A stretch of DNA of 35,194 nt, taken from NCBI RefSeq assembly GCF_004010195.1, contig NC_057719.1, positions 10,092,170-10,127,363 of the forward strand, written 5' to 3'. The position numbers and the translations under genes were made by a program. This document shows positions 1 through 10,288 of this stretch, piece after piece (positions within the stretch are counted from its first letter, which is position 1; every line of letters begins with the position of its first letter). Source of the stretch: Chiloscyllium plagiosum. Its lineage: Eukaryota. The notes under the pieces are model-generated. The model had not been told where the DNA came from. It saw only the letters and a program-made list of their open reading frames with translations, and did not search any database.

Positions 1-427
1 ATGAATAAAACAAACTCCTGCTGCTTGTTCAGAAAATACAAGCCGACACGCACTTCAGTACCTATCCAGCATTCATTCTGCACCAATTTTCAATGATTAC
101 AATCTATTCAGGGGCTACTAAGCTGAACAGACAAACAAAGATCAGCTGATCAGCTATGAAGATTAAAGATAGCAACAAGGCAATTTTGTTCCCAAGCAAA
201 TTTCACTGGGTGCCTGCAGTCTCCTTCACTGATTCACCCTCTTCATTCCGCAACAGCTCTCTGGCAGCAATCAGCCCAAATGTTGTTAGAATATGAATTG
301 CAAAAATTGATAAAGATATTTGCCTCGAATCCAAAGATATTTGGATATAGTATTTAAAGCCATCAATCACTCTCCTACCTTTGTTATAGAGTATAACACA
401 TCGATGTTGAGTCAGCAGTACTTTGGC

Positions 428-630
428 TTTAAAGCCCTCATCCATCTGTCCAAATCCCTCTTGGCCTTGTCCCTCCCTGTCGCCGCCAACTTCCCAACAA
501 CATTCCCAAATCTCAACACTCCTCTTGTCCCAACTTCCATGCTTTAATCCCTTCATGCTTGGTGGCTGTTCCTTTCAGCAGCTTCAGGCCCACAGCTTTG
601 GAATTCCTTCACAAAACCTCTCTGCCGTCC
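428..630 (+). mobile_element. L2-type LINE 3' fragment, degraded
   Basis: CAAATCCCTC..GGCCTTGTCCCTCCC..GGTGGCTGTTCCTTTCAGC..TGGAATTCCTT resembles the L2 ORF2 C-terminus (recalled pattern). Confidence 0.55.
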
Positions 631-654
631 ATTTCTGTCTTGCTCCTGCAATGA

Positions 655-796
655 GTGTTGGTTAGCTAAGTTGGCTAGCTAGTCATGTTTGTAATGCAGA
701 GTGACACAGACAGCATGGGTTTAATTCCAGCTGAGGTGACTATGAAAGATTCTCCTTTTCAACCTCTCCCCTTGCCTGAGGTGTGGTGACCCTCAG
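655..796 (+). mobile_element. tRNA-like SINE (family A in this report)
   Basis: A-box-like GTTAGCTAAGTTGG and B-box-like GGTTTAATTCC; body recurs in reverse at ~13640, ~15075 and ~18151. Confidence 0.7.
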
Positions 797-813
797 TTGT
801 TACTCACATTGCC

Positions 814-1052
814 TGGGAAGATGATGGCCTGGTGGTATGATCACTGGGCTACTCACCCAGAGACCCACGTAATGTTCTGGGGACCTGGGTTTGAATCCCA
901 CCATGAATTCAAAAAATAAATTTTGTAAATAAGAGTCTAATGATGATCAATTGTCAGGAAAAACCCATGTGGTTCACTAATGTCCTCTTGGGAAGGAAAC
1001 TACTGTCCTTACCTGGTCCAGTCTGCATGTGATGCCAGACCCACACCAATGT
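814..1052 (+). mobile_element. tRNA-derived SINE (family B), 5' part, interrupted at 1052
   Basis: Colinear with the complete copy at 15961-16302 (GGTTCACTAATG..GGAAGGAAA..CCAGACC..CAATGT). Confidence 0.85.
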
Positions 1053-1268
1053 TAGCATCAAGGCACTTTACCTGAATGCTCGTAGCATTCATAACAAAGC
1101 AGACGAACTAATGGCACAGATCATTGTGAATGATTATGATGTAGTAGGGATCACAGAGACGTGGTTACAGGGGGGTCAGGACTGGCAGTTAAACATGCAA
1201 GGGTTTTCAACTTATCGAAAAAACAGGGAGGTGGGCAGAGGGGGCGGGGTTGCCTTGTTAGTTAAGAA
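1053..1268 (+). mobile_element. CR1 LINE ORF2 APE-endonuclease N-terminus
   Basis: Translates ALYLNARSIHNKADELMAQI..YDVVGITETWL..GRGGGVALLVK, canonical CR1 EN motifs; runs into the gap. Confidence 0.93.
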
Positions 1269-1729
1269 NNNNNNNNNNNNNNNNNNNNNNNNNNNNNNNN
1301 NNNNNNNNNNNNNNNNNNNNNNNNNNNNNNNNNNNNNNNNNNNNNNNNNNNNNNNNNNNNNNNNNNNNNNNNNNNNNNNNNNNNNNNNNNNNNNNNNNNN
1401 NNNNNNNNNNNNNNNNNNNNNNNNNNNNNNNNNNNNNNNNNNNNNNNNNNNNNNNNNNNNNNNNNNNNNNNNNNNNNNNNNNNNNNNNNNNNNNNNNNNN
1501 NNNNNNNNNNNNNNNNNNNNNNNNNNNNNNNNNNNNNNNNNNNNNNNNNNNNNNNNNNNNNNNNNNNNNNNNNNNNNNNNNNNNNNNNNNNNNNNNNNNN
1601 NNNNNNNNNNNNNNNNNNNNNNNNNNNNNNNNNNNNNNNNNNNNNNNNNNNNNNNNNNNNNNNNNNNNNNNNNNNNNNNNNNNNNNNNNNNNNNNNNNNN
1701 NNNNNNNNNNNNNNNNNNNNNNNNNNNNN
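1269..1729. other. Assembly gap (461 N)
   Basis: Run of N. Confidence 1.
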
Positions 1730-2130
1730 CCCCCCCCACTATCCCCATTGAACACCCACCCCCTCCCTGGGGCAGCCAGACTGTATACCAGCCAGACTGT
1801 ATACCAGCCAGACTGCTGCTACCATCTTTGTGGGCTAAGTCTCCAAATAGCGCGTGCGCGCACACAAACTTTTTACTGCAACATTTTGACAGGTTGCACC
1901 TTTGCCCTGTACAGGACAATGTTAGAGAGATGATCTGGTGAAGGGGGTTTAGGGTACACTCCTGCGGGAAGAGAGGGCAGGAGGTCAGTCATTTGGAGAC
2001 AGTGCCTGTTTAATTGCTGTAAACAAAAAGCATGATCACTGTTGATGTAATGTTTCTGCAGGACCTGGAGATCTCCTTTGGATAATCCAATTTTCGGATA
2101 ATTGGTATTCGGATAATCGAGGTTCCTCTG
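1730..2130. mobile_element. One end of a pogo/Tigger-like DNA transposon or MITE
   Basis: Terminus reads CAGAGGAACCTCGATTATCCGAA on the minus strand with three subterminal ATTATCC repeats (2080-2130); it abruptly truncates the CR1 reading frame. Confidence 0.65.
1773..1815 (+). repeat. 16-bp tandem repeat CAGCCAGACTGTATAC x2.7
   Basis: Units at 1773, 1789 and 1805 (partial). Confidence 0.95.
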
Positions 2131-2131
2131 T

Positions 2132-2528
2132 TCCATCAAAATTGGCCTTCCTCCCATTTAGAACTTCAGCTTTTAGATTTGGTCTATCCTTTTGCATTAC
2201 TATTTTATATCTAATAGAATTATGGTCACTGGCCCCAAAGCGCTCCCCCACTGATACCTCAATCACTTGCCCTGCCTTATTTGCCAAAGATAGGTCAAGT
2301 TTTGCACACTCTCTCGTAGGTATATCCACATACTGAAGCAGAAAGTTTTCTTGTGTACACTTAACAAATTCCTCTCCATCTAAACTTTGACTACGATGGT
2401 AGTCCCAGAGTATGTTTGGGAAGTTAAAATTCCCTATCATAACCACCCTATTATTCTTACAGATAACTGAAATCTCCTTTAAAATTGGTTTCTCAATTTC
2501 CCACTGACTATTGAGGGTCTACAGTACT
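2132..2528 (-). mobile_element. CR1 ORF2 endonuclease C-terminal half
   Basis: VMIGNFNFPNI..FVKCTQENFLLQYVDIPTR..LDL..GASDHNSIRY..KANFDG. Confidence 0.92.
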
Positions 2529-2810
2529 ATTCTTCTATTCCTACCCTCACTAGCTCGTAACACCGGATATTATCCAGATATTACCACTCGAGGAGCTCCT
2601 TTTTAAAATTCTTAACTTTCTATATTACCAGACAGAATCTCATCCTTCTGCCTTCCTATGTCATTCGTTCCAATGTGTACAACGTCCTCCTGCTGGTCCC
2701 TCTCCTCTTTGAAAATATTCTGCGCACTCTCCAAAATATCTTTGATCCTGGCACTAGGGAGGCAACACACCATTCTGATTTTTCGCTGATGGCCGCAGAA
2801 ATATTCACTG
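2529..2810 (-). mobile_element. CR1 ORF1 SGNH esterase-like fragment
   Basis: RMVCCLPSARIKDI..VVHIGTNDIGR followed by frameshifted VVISG..PVLRASEGRNRRI. Confidence 0.88.
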
Positions 2811-2824
2811 TTCATTTTTTTTTT

Positions 2825-3120
2825 TAGACGCACTCCAATATCCAAAGATACTTAAACTCACAACAGCAAAGGCAGTAGCTGTGCAGACCCACTGCTGAGA
2901 GAGCCAGCAGCGTGGGTTTCTTTCTGACCTTGTGTTCTCTCCATTTGTCTCTCTTCCTCCCTTTTAAAGGACGCTGTTTTGATCTTTCTCCCCCACAGTT
3001 CCAAAACAATGCAACAGCATATAAAACAGTAATTACTGCTCCTGGAATTTGAGGAAATCACCTCTCCAATAGCCAAGATACCTCAAAAAGCAGTGCTTAC
3101 AGCCACAATTTTACTGCCAA
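2825..3120 (-). mobile_element. Probable 5' UTR of the same CR1 element
   Basis: Lies directly upstream of the ORF1 fragment on the minus strand; resembles recalled shark CR1 5' ends. Confidence 0.5.
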
Positions 3121-3134
3121 ATTTTAATGTGATA

Positions 3135-3275
3135 GGTTGATTTGTACATTTGGTTGCTGCATCTCCCTTCAAAACAGTGACTGCACTTGCAAAAAATAAA
3201 CCATTGTTTGTGAAGTGTTTAGAATCATCTGTGAATGGAATGTGATGCGACAGAAGTACTATCGTTTTCTTACTG
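3135..3275 (+). mobile_element. DeuSINE (SacSINE1/AmnSINE1-like) 3' remnant
   Basis: TTGGTTGCTGCATCTCCC..AACAGTGACTGCACTT..CATTGTTTGTGAAGTGTTT matches the recalled DeuSINE tail. Confidence 0.6.
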
Positions 3276-3892
3276 TTACATTGAAATTTTTTTCTTCTTT
3301 TGAATGTATACAGAAAATGACAAAAAAAAGTTGAAAGAGCCAGTTTCAAGATAGAAACAGTCTGATGTAATTGAACAGCTGAAGATTTTCGGAGGATGCG
3401 ACTGTATGATTGTACCTGGCTTCTGTTCCTATTCTTACCTTCTTATCTACTAAATGTTCCTCATAACTTTACCCTTTATCAATAAAACAATTAGCCATCT
3501 TCAAACTTGTTAAATCTTCTGTTTCCTCATTTTGCCAAAGCAAATAAGCTCAATTTTTCTAATATTTCCTTCCAGCCAGATTTTCTTTCCTTCCCAGAAG
3601 TGAACATCGATTGGGTCAAATTAATGTCTGACCTAATTAATTCATTGAAAAAATCCCGCTAATAATGAAATCCGATACTTATTTACTACTTTTCTTAAGT
3701 AAATTAATTTATCTTCTGTAATTCGCAGGTTATTTTCTTGATCAGTATGTTGTACTGTGATTCCATTTTACATGTATTCCATTTCCTTGGTTCCAAACAA
3801 TTTATTTCACAATGACCAGATTAAATTGTGCAAATCGTTCTTTTACAGGAAAGTACCAAAGAGAAAGGAAAGATTGGATTTAATTCCTCTTA

Positions 3893-4010
3893 CACAGAAC
3901 CATAAAAACAAGACAGTTGGGGCTGTTCAACCTATCTAGTCCATGCTGACCCAAAGACACCCAGATGCCCTTCCTAATTTCATCTTTCAGCACACAGCCC
4001 ATAGACATGC
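3893..4010 (-). mobile_element. CR1 3' tail remnant
   Basis: GGCTGTTCAACCTATCTAGTCCATGCTG..CAGCACACAGCCCATAG resembles other minus-strand CR1 tails here. Confidence 0.5.
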
Positions 4011-4090
4011 TTGAATCTTTCTCTAATATTCAGGCTGCCTTCTTACTTGATGGCATCTGCAAAGATTTTACTCATACAACTTCAATATAG

Positions 4091-4401
4091 GAGACTAGGA
4101 CCCGTGGCACAGCCTTAGAATTAGAGGGGGTAAATTCGGAACAGAAATGCGGAGACATTTCTTCAGCCAGAGAGTGGTGGGCCTGTGGAATTCATTGCCA
4201 CAGAGTGCAGTGGAGGCTGGGACGCTAAATGTCTTCAAGGCAGAAATTGATAAATTCTTGATGTCACAAGGAATTAAGGGCTACGGGGAGAATGCGGGTA
4301 AGTGGAGTTGAAATGCCCATCAGCCATGATTGAATGGCGGAGTGGACTCGATGGGCCGAATGGCCTTACTTCCGCTCCTATGTCTTATGGTCTTATGGTC
4401 T
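4091..4401 (+). mobile_element. CR1 (HER1-like) 3' end, young
   Basis: Encodes MRRHFFSQRVVGLWNSLPQSAVEAGTLNVFKAEIDKFL; ends in (TCTTATGG)n tail. Confidence 0.93.
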
Positions 4402-4490
4402 AATGTGGTTGACTCTTCATTACTCACTAGGCAATAAATGCCACCTAGCCAACGACGCCCATATCCAATGAATGAGTAACAAATAAAAAA
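4402..4490 (+). mobile_element. SINE family B 3' part (continuation of 814-1052)
   Basis: Resumes at AATGTGGTTGACTCT then GGCAATAAATG..GCCAACGACGCCCATATCC..A-rich end. Confidence 0.8.
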
Positions 4491-4570
4491 CTAATGAGAA
4501 AACAGCCCTATGGTCTGGTAAGACTTTGACAATGTTACCTTTTACCCTCTTCAGGCATGTCTTAAGCACA

Positions 4571-4808
4571 GCAGACGCTGGCTCAGTGGTCAGCACTGCT
4601 GCCTCACAGTGCCAGGGACCTGGGTTCAATTCCAGCCTCTGGCGACTGTCTGTATGAAGTCCAAAGTCCAGAGATGTGCAGGTCAGGTGGATTAGCCACG
4701 GGAAATGCAAGCTTACAGGGTTAGGGTCTGGGTGGGATGCTCGTTGGAGAGTTGGTACGGACTTGATGGGCTGAATGGTCTGCTTGCATGCTGTAGGGAT
4801 TCTATGAT
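4571..4808 (+). mobile_element. HE1-type SINE (V-SINE), central deletion
   Basis: TGGCTCAGTGGTCAGCACTGCTGCCTCACAG..GGTTCAATTCC head and CTGTAGGGATTCTATGA tail; lacks the central block present at 15541. Confidence 0.9.
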
Positions 4809-5070
4809 GGATTCTCTCTCCCACTGTTCGAATATCTCTTTGTGTGATTGGGTGTCACATTTCATCTAATATTACTCTGTGTCTTTGGACATTTTGTTTC
4901 ATTTCAGATACTATATAAGTGCAATTTGCTCTTCTGTGTAACTCACTGTCAGTCGAATACAGGTCTACTATAAGCTAGGTCCACATTGTTTGCTTCCACA
5001 AAGATTCAGGACCATTTATTTTTAAGTGATCTATTTTCAACATGTAGGTGACACAAGCAAACACCCATGC

Positions 5071-5328
5071 AGAGAATCCCCACAGTGTGGAAACAGGCCC
5101 AACAAGCCCACACCGACCCTCCAAAGACTATACCACCCAGACTTATTCCCCTACCCAATCACTTTACATTTCCCCTGACTATTACACCTAACCTACACAT
5201 CCCTAAACACTGTGGGCAATTTAGCATGGGCAGTTCACCATACAGATGGTCACCTGAGGGTGGAATCGAACCCAGGTTCTTGGCATGGTGAAGCAGCAGT
5301 TCTAACCACTGAGCCACCACGGCGCCCC
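5071..5328 (-). mobile_element. HE1-type SINE, central deletion
   Basis: Reverse complement of HE1 head and tail. Confidence 0.9.
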
Positions 5329-5489
5329 ATTAATTGTCCATTCTGATTGTGCTGACAAGTTGTCATTATGCTTTCTTTTCAAAGATGCTGCCCTTGTCAG
5401 CAACAAGGAATTTCCACAAAGTGATTAACTATTCACTTCACATCATATTCATATCACTATGACATGAGGTACTTGTTCAAATTCGGATA

Positions 5490-5612
5490 ATACAGCACAT
5501 GAACAGCAGTGGTTCAAGAAGACATTTCACCAACATCTTCTCAAGGGCACTCGGGATGGTCAACAACTGCTGGCCTAGCCAGTAATATCCACATCCCATG
5601 AGTGAATGAAAA
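5490..5612 (+). mobile_element. Non-LTR LINE (family B) 3' tail
   Basis: CAGTGGTTCAAGAAG..CATCTTCTCAAGGGCA..TGCTGGCCTAGCCAG..CACATCCCATGAGTGAATGAAAAA; same tail as 29590-29858. Confidence 0.75.
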
Positions 5613-5649
5613 AGGAAGATCATATTGATCTAAACGTGACCCGAATCCA

Positions 5650-5900
5650 CTAACTTTCCTATCCTCAAATCCTTGGGTTCCCTTGTTGCTTGAGCGTTTC
5701 TTTCAGTCTGGAATAACTCAATCTTTGTTATTATCTTTGGAATTCTCTTACACAGAAACTCAATCTTTGTCGCTTTTTGTGTAAGAGAATTCCACAGATA
5801 ATGACACTCTGAAGAAGACACTCTTGGTCATTTCCATCTTAAATAGGAGACCCCTTAATTTCCCCCTATTTTAGATTCCAGACCCAAGAGGAGATTTGCA
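5650..5900 (-). mobile_element. CR1 3' region remnant
   Basis: AGAATTCCACAGA (LWNS motif reversed)..CCATCTTAAATAGGAGACCCCTTA. Confidence 0.6.
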
Positions 5901-6134
5901 GCACATCACTGCTCTTCCCCTTTTTATTCTCATTCCTTTCCAAGGGGAGAAATGGCAGCTGGGTATCCAGTCATTCATGCCTCAAGGCGGTCACAGTTGA
6001 CTGGATGTACATGGGTACAAATCACAGAGTACTCCACAGAAGTATTCCAACACAGAAGGAGGCCATGTCATAGACACAGAGCAGCACAGCAAATAAACAA
6101 TCCCTTCAGCCCACATCAGTGCTTACCATGTGAG

Positions 6135-7256
6135 CTTATGTTTTCCATCAAGACTCCCACCCACCTTCCGAGGACCCCTTTGCCCACCTCCAAGACAGCC
6201 CATCTACCCGGACATCCCATGTTACCCGCCCTTAATCTCTTTAATTCCAACTGTCGCTGCGACATTGACCACCTCAACCTGTCGACCCCTCTCACCCACT
6301 CCAACCTCCTGCCCTCACACCACGCAGCCCTCCACTCCCTCAGTTCCAACCCCAACCTCACCAACAAACTAATGGATAAGGTGGCATGCAGCAGTAGTTT
6401 GGCGCACTGACCTCTACACCGCTGAAGCCGGGTGCCAACTTGAAGACACCTCCTCCTACTGCCCTCTCGACTACGACCTCACCTCCCATCACCAAACCAT
6501 CATCTCCCAGACCAAAGACAACCTCATCACCTCAGGGGTCTTCCACCCACAGCTTCCAAACTCATAGTCTGGGAACCCTGCACCGCCTGGTTCTACCTCC
6601 TACCCAAGATCCTCAAACCTGACTACCCTGGTCGACCGATCATCTCGGCCAGCTCCTGCCCCACAGCTACCTGGACTGCACCTCCTCCCACCCTGCCTCC
6701 TGTAAGAATGCTATTCCTTATTCCCAATTCCTCCGCTTCCACCGCATCTGCTCCCAGGAGGATCAGTTCCACCACAGAACACAATCAGAAGGCCTCCTTC
6801 TTTAAAGACCGTAATTTCCCCTCCCACATGGTTGATGATGCCCTCCAACGCAATGATGAACCTCACCCCTCCAACTGCAACAAGGACAGAATACCCCAGT
6901 CCTCACCTTCCACCCCACCAACCTTTGTACACATTGCATCATCTCCGCCATTTCTGCCATCTACAAGTCACCAGAGATATATTTCCCTCCCCACCCCTAT
7001 CTGCTTTCCGTAAAGACCCAATCCTCCGCAACTCCCTTGTCAGCATTCACCTATTGCGCTCTCAACTACCTCACCCCCACCCCACCCCTCCTATTTATCT
7101 CTCCACCTCCTTAGGCTCCCAACCTCATTCCTGATGAAGGGCTTTTGCCCGAAACGTCAATTCTCCTGCTCCTCGGATGCTGCCCGATCTGCTGTGCTTT
7201 TCCAGCACCCCACTCTCTACTCTAATCTCCAGCATCCGCAGTCCTCCCTTTCGCCT
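6135..7256 (+). mobile_element. Penelope-like retroelement, internally deleted, with 3' terminal repeat
   Basis: LPALNLFNSNCRCDIDHLNLSTPLTHSNL..NPNLT; FYLLPKILKPDYPGRPIISASSCPT; CKNAIPYSQFLR; IFPSPPLSAFRKD..LRNSLV; terminus CTGATGAAGGG..GAAACGTC..CTCCAGCATCCGCAGTCC. Confidence 0.92.
7131..7158 (+). ncRNA. Minimal hammerhead ribozyme core motif in Penelope terminus
   Basis: CTGATGA-A-GGGC(TTTT)GCCC-GAAA-CGTC; stem I pairing is poor in this copy. Confidence 0.7.
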
Positions 7257-7259
7257 ATA

Positions 7260-7715
7260 TCTCTCTATTTGTGTTCATGTCTCTGTCTAAATGCCTCTTA
7301 CAAATGTATCTGCCTCTACCATGTCTCCTGACAGTTCGTTCCAGGCACCCCCACTTCTGTGTAAAACAAACTTGCCTCACACATTTCCTTTAAACTTTTC
7401 CCTCTGTCACTTTGAACTCAGGTTCCCTTGTGTGTGACATTTGTACTCTGACAAAGAGACTCTGACTATCCACCCTATCCATGCCTCTCATAATTTTTTA
7501 CACTACTATCAGGTCACCCTTGTCTTACACACTCTAGCGAAAACAATCCAAGTTTGTCCAACTTTTCCATATAGCTAATACACTCCAATCCAGCAACATC
7601 CTGGTAAAATTCTTTTGCATCCTTTTCAAAAAGGCCTATACATCCTTCCTATGTTGTCGTAAGTAGAACTGCACACATTACTCAAAATGTGACCGAACTG
7701 AAGATTTATACAGCT
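7260..7715 (-). mobile_element. CR1 3' region; its extreme tail lies at ~6068-6125 on the other side of the Penelope insertion
   Basis: GTTCCAGGCACCC (WN motif reversed), CCATGCCTCTCATAATTTT, AGAACTGCACACATTACTC. Confidence 0.85.
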
Positions 7716-7717
7716 AA

Positions 7718-7928
7718 GGTCAATGATGGTGAATCATTAACTAAATAGAAATTTCACCAGATGCTGTATGGTGGGATTTGAACCCATCTCCCTAGAGTAT
7801 AAGCCTGACTCCCTGGATTGCCATCTACCTCATGGCGGGTCTATCATTGGCAAGATATTTTCTTATCAACCTGTTCAACATGTTTCCTTGCCTAGGGATA
7901 GGGACAGGGACATTACCACAGTGCCACA
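7718..7928 (-). mobile_element. tRNA-derived SINE head, interrupted by ~85 bp unrelated sequence
   Basis: GGGATTTGAACCC (B box reversed)..CTGGATT, then GACATTACCACAGTGCCAC (A box reversed) at 7909-7928. Confidence 0.55.
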
Positions 7929-8279
7929 AAACTTAAGACCATGTTTAAAAAGAGCAATTTTAAAAATAAAATTAAAAAAAGAGCTATTTTAATCCAGTCC
8001 ACTGAGGGAAACCAGGTGTTTAACCAACCAATATTTCCCAGGTAACTTTCCCCATTGATAGCTCATATACATGCCCTTCTTTAAATGCATAAGGAGCTGT
8101 TCTCGGAGTGGCCTCTCTGGGAAATAGGTAGCAAGGAGCTCTATTAGAATCATACAGGCTTGCTCCTTGTTCCAAGTGTGTCCATATAACAGTAAGTTAT
8201 CACCTACAAGGTCCCCTCCCAGCCACTCATATCTTGGATGTAAATTGCCATTTCAACCTGTCCTTATAGTCAATACACT

Positions 8280-8836
8280 CCAATCCATGCAATATCTAGA
8301 TAAACCTCTTTTACATCCTTTCCAAAGCCATCACGTCCTTCCGATAGTGTTGTGATCAGAACTGCACACAATACTTGAAAAGTGGCCTAACTAAATTTTT
8401 ATACAAGCTGCAACATCACTTGACAACTTTTATACTCAATGTCCCAACTGATGAAGGCAAATCTGCCATGTACCTTCTTTACCACCTTATTCACTTGTGT
8501 TGCCACTTTCAGGGTGCTATGGACTTGCACCCCAATATCCCTCTGCACATCAATGCCACACCCTCTGCCAAAGGGTCCTGTAATTTATTGTATACTTTCC
8601 TCTTTACTTAACCTCCTAAAATGTATCATCTCACACACTTCTCCAGATTAAACTCCATCTGCCATTTCTCGAAAGCAACTTCTCAACTTTCTCAACTTTC
8701 CAACTGGTCTATAGCCTGCTGTGTCCTTTGATAATCTTCTTCACAGTCCAACACTCCAACAATTTTTGTATCATCTGCAAAGTTACGAATCAATCCACCT
8801 CCAATTATCTGTATATTACAAAGAGCAGAGGTCCCA
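8280..8836 (-). mobile_element. CR1 RT C-terminal fragment
   Basis: AGAACTGCACACAATAC, CCATCTGCCA (WQM reversed), GTATCATCTGCAAA (FADDT reversed). Confidence 0.85.
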
Positions 8837-8839
8837 ATC

Positions 8840-9190
8840 AGCCCGTCATGTCAGCACTGGCTCTTCAATTGAACACCATTACCTAGGACCAATCTCCTGC
8901 CTCTCCCTTATGACCCTGCATGCCATTTCTATCCAGGTAATCATGCAATGCCCTCTTGAATGCCTCAATTGAACCTGCTTCCCCCACATTTCCAGGGGGT
9001 GCATTCCAAACCCTAACTGCTCACTGAGTGATAAACCTTTTTCTCACAACACATTTGTTCCTTTTGCAAATAGGAACTGGAGTAGGAAAAGGAGTAGTCC
9101 ACTGAGCCCCTTTCACTGTTCAATTAGTTCACAGCTGAGATGTAGTTCAGTCCCACTCATTGTTCTTGGTTCCACATCTCTGAATATCCA
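8840..9190 (-). mobile_element. Two further CR1 3' remnants
   Basis: GCATTCCAAACCCTAACT..; AAATAGGAACTGGAGTAGG..CCACTGAGCCC tail. Confidence 0.6.
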
Positions 9191-9620
9191 TTATGCTTAG
9201 AGAATTGTACTAATTTTTTTCAGTGGATTGTTTGGTAGGGTTGGGGAGGTGTGGAGAGGACAATGGGTGATCTTTACAAATTTCTGACTCTTGTGTGGGG
9301 ATGATGCAGCAGCTACTGAGCTCTGTGTCAGAGGCCCCAATCATGCAAACTATTCAACTGGTGGTAAATCTTCCACATCTGGCAGCAGGGGTCTTCAGGC
9401 ATTTAAGGGAAGAGGGGAGCTGAGGTGCCTTTGACATTCTCCCTCAGCCAATTGCCCACTCACCCTGACCTATTCCCTCATCCCTCTAATTTTTGGAAGC
9501 TTGGGCCTTATCTTCACGACAGTCAGAAGAAAGAGACAACTAAAACTGATGAGATGGCGGAAAGCACTTTGATCGAGATGATTGAGTTATTGGGCTTAAT
9601 TTATCCAGCTTGTCACCATG

Positions 9621-9957
9621 GAAACTATGGTGGCCAGTTCCTGGCAATCCTGGGAGAGGCCCCAACTCAAACGCTTGACAAAGGGACCACCCTTCCCACC
9701 TCCTGGGTGGATGAACAATACATTTGTCAACCCATCAACAGCTAAGCCATTAAAATATTAATGACTGCTTCCCACCCCAACTCCACTGATATCCCTCACT
9801 ACCAGTATCATAATTTGCTAATTCTGACCATAAGTACTGAAACACACAACACTTCCTCAGAAGCCATCCGTCCAGGAGGTGAGAAGGGTGATCCCTTTGC
9901 CAAGCATTTGAAGTGGGGCCTCTCCCAGGATTGCCGGGAACTGACCACCATGGTTTC
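9621..9957. repeat. Inverted repeat with 93-bp arms (9621-9713 and 9865-9957), MITE-like
   Basis: Manual gap-free alignment gives 82/93 identity; 151-bp spacer. Confidence 0.92.
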
Positions 9958-10288
9958 AGGCTGGGAGCCTCGGGAGTGGAGAGATAAGTGGGAGGGCGTG
10001 GAGGCTGAGGTGGAAAGTTGCGGAGAGTGCAATAGGCGGATGGAGGTGGGGGTAAAGGTGATAGGTCAGAGGGGAGGATGGAGCGAATAGGTGGGAAGGA
10101 AGATGGACAGATGGGACAGGTCATGAGGACACTGCTGAGCTGGAAAGTTGGAACTGGGGTAAGGTAAGGGGTGGGAAAATGAGGAAACTGGTGAAATCCA
10201 CATTGATGCCATGGGGCTGAATGGTCCCGAGGTGGAAGATGAAGCTTTCTTCCTCCAGGCATCAGGTGGTAAGGGAGTAGCGATGGAT
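9958..10288 (-). mobile_element. Penelope 3' fragment (GIY-YIG C-terminus and pyrimidine-rich UTR)
   Basis: Minus strand encodes LEEESFIFHLGTIQPHGINVDFTSF; UTR resembles 7040-7130 and 34985-35194. Confidence 0.9.

Noticed and set aside
1773..1815. CRISPR-like direct repeats
   Set aside because: Units are contiguous with no spacers, in a eukaryotic context; a simple minisatellite.
1111..1941. Long ORFs of 276, 235 and 165 aa
   Set aside because: They are long only because they cross the N gap; the real part is a CR1 endonuclease fragment.
4420..4824. 134-aa ORF and similar ORFs at 14877, 14912, 18532 and 18542
   Set aside because: Translations of HE1 SINE sequence, not genes.
9750..10262. 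170-aa proline-rich ORF
   Set aside because: Off-frame read through the C-rich Penelope UTR and an inverted-repeat arm.
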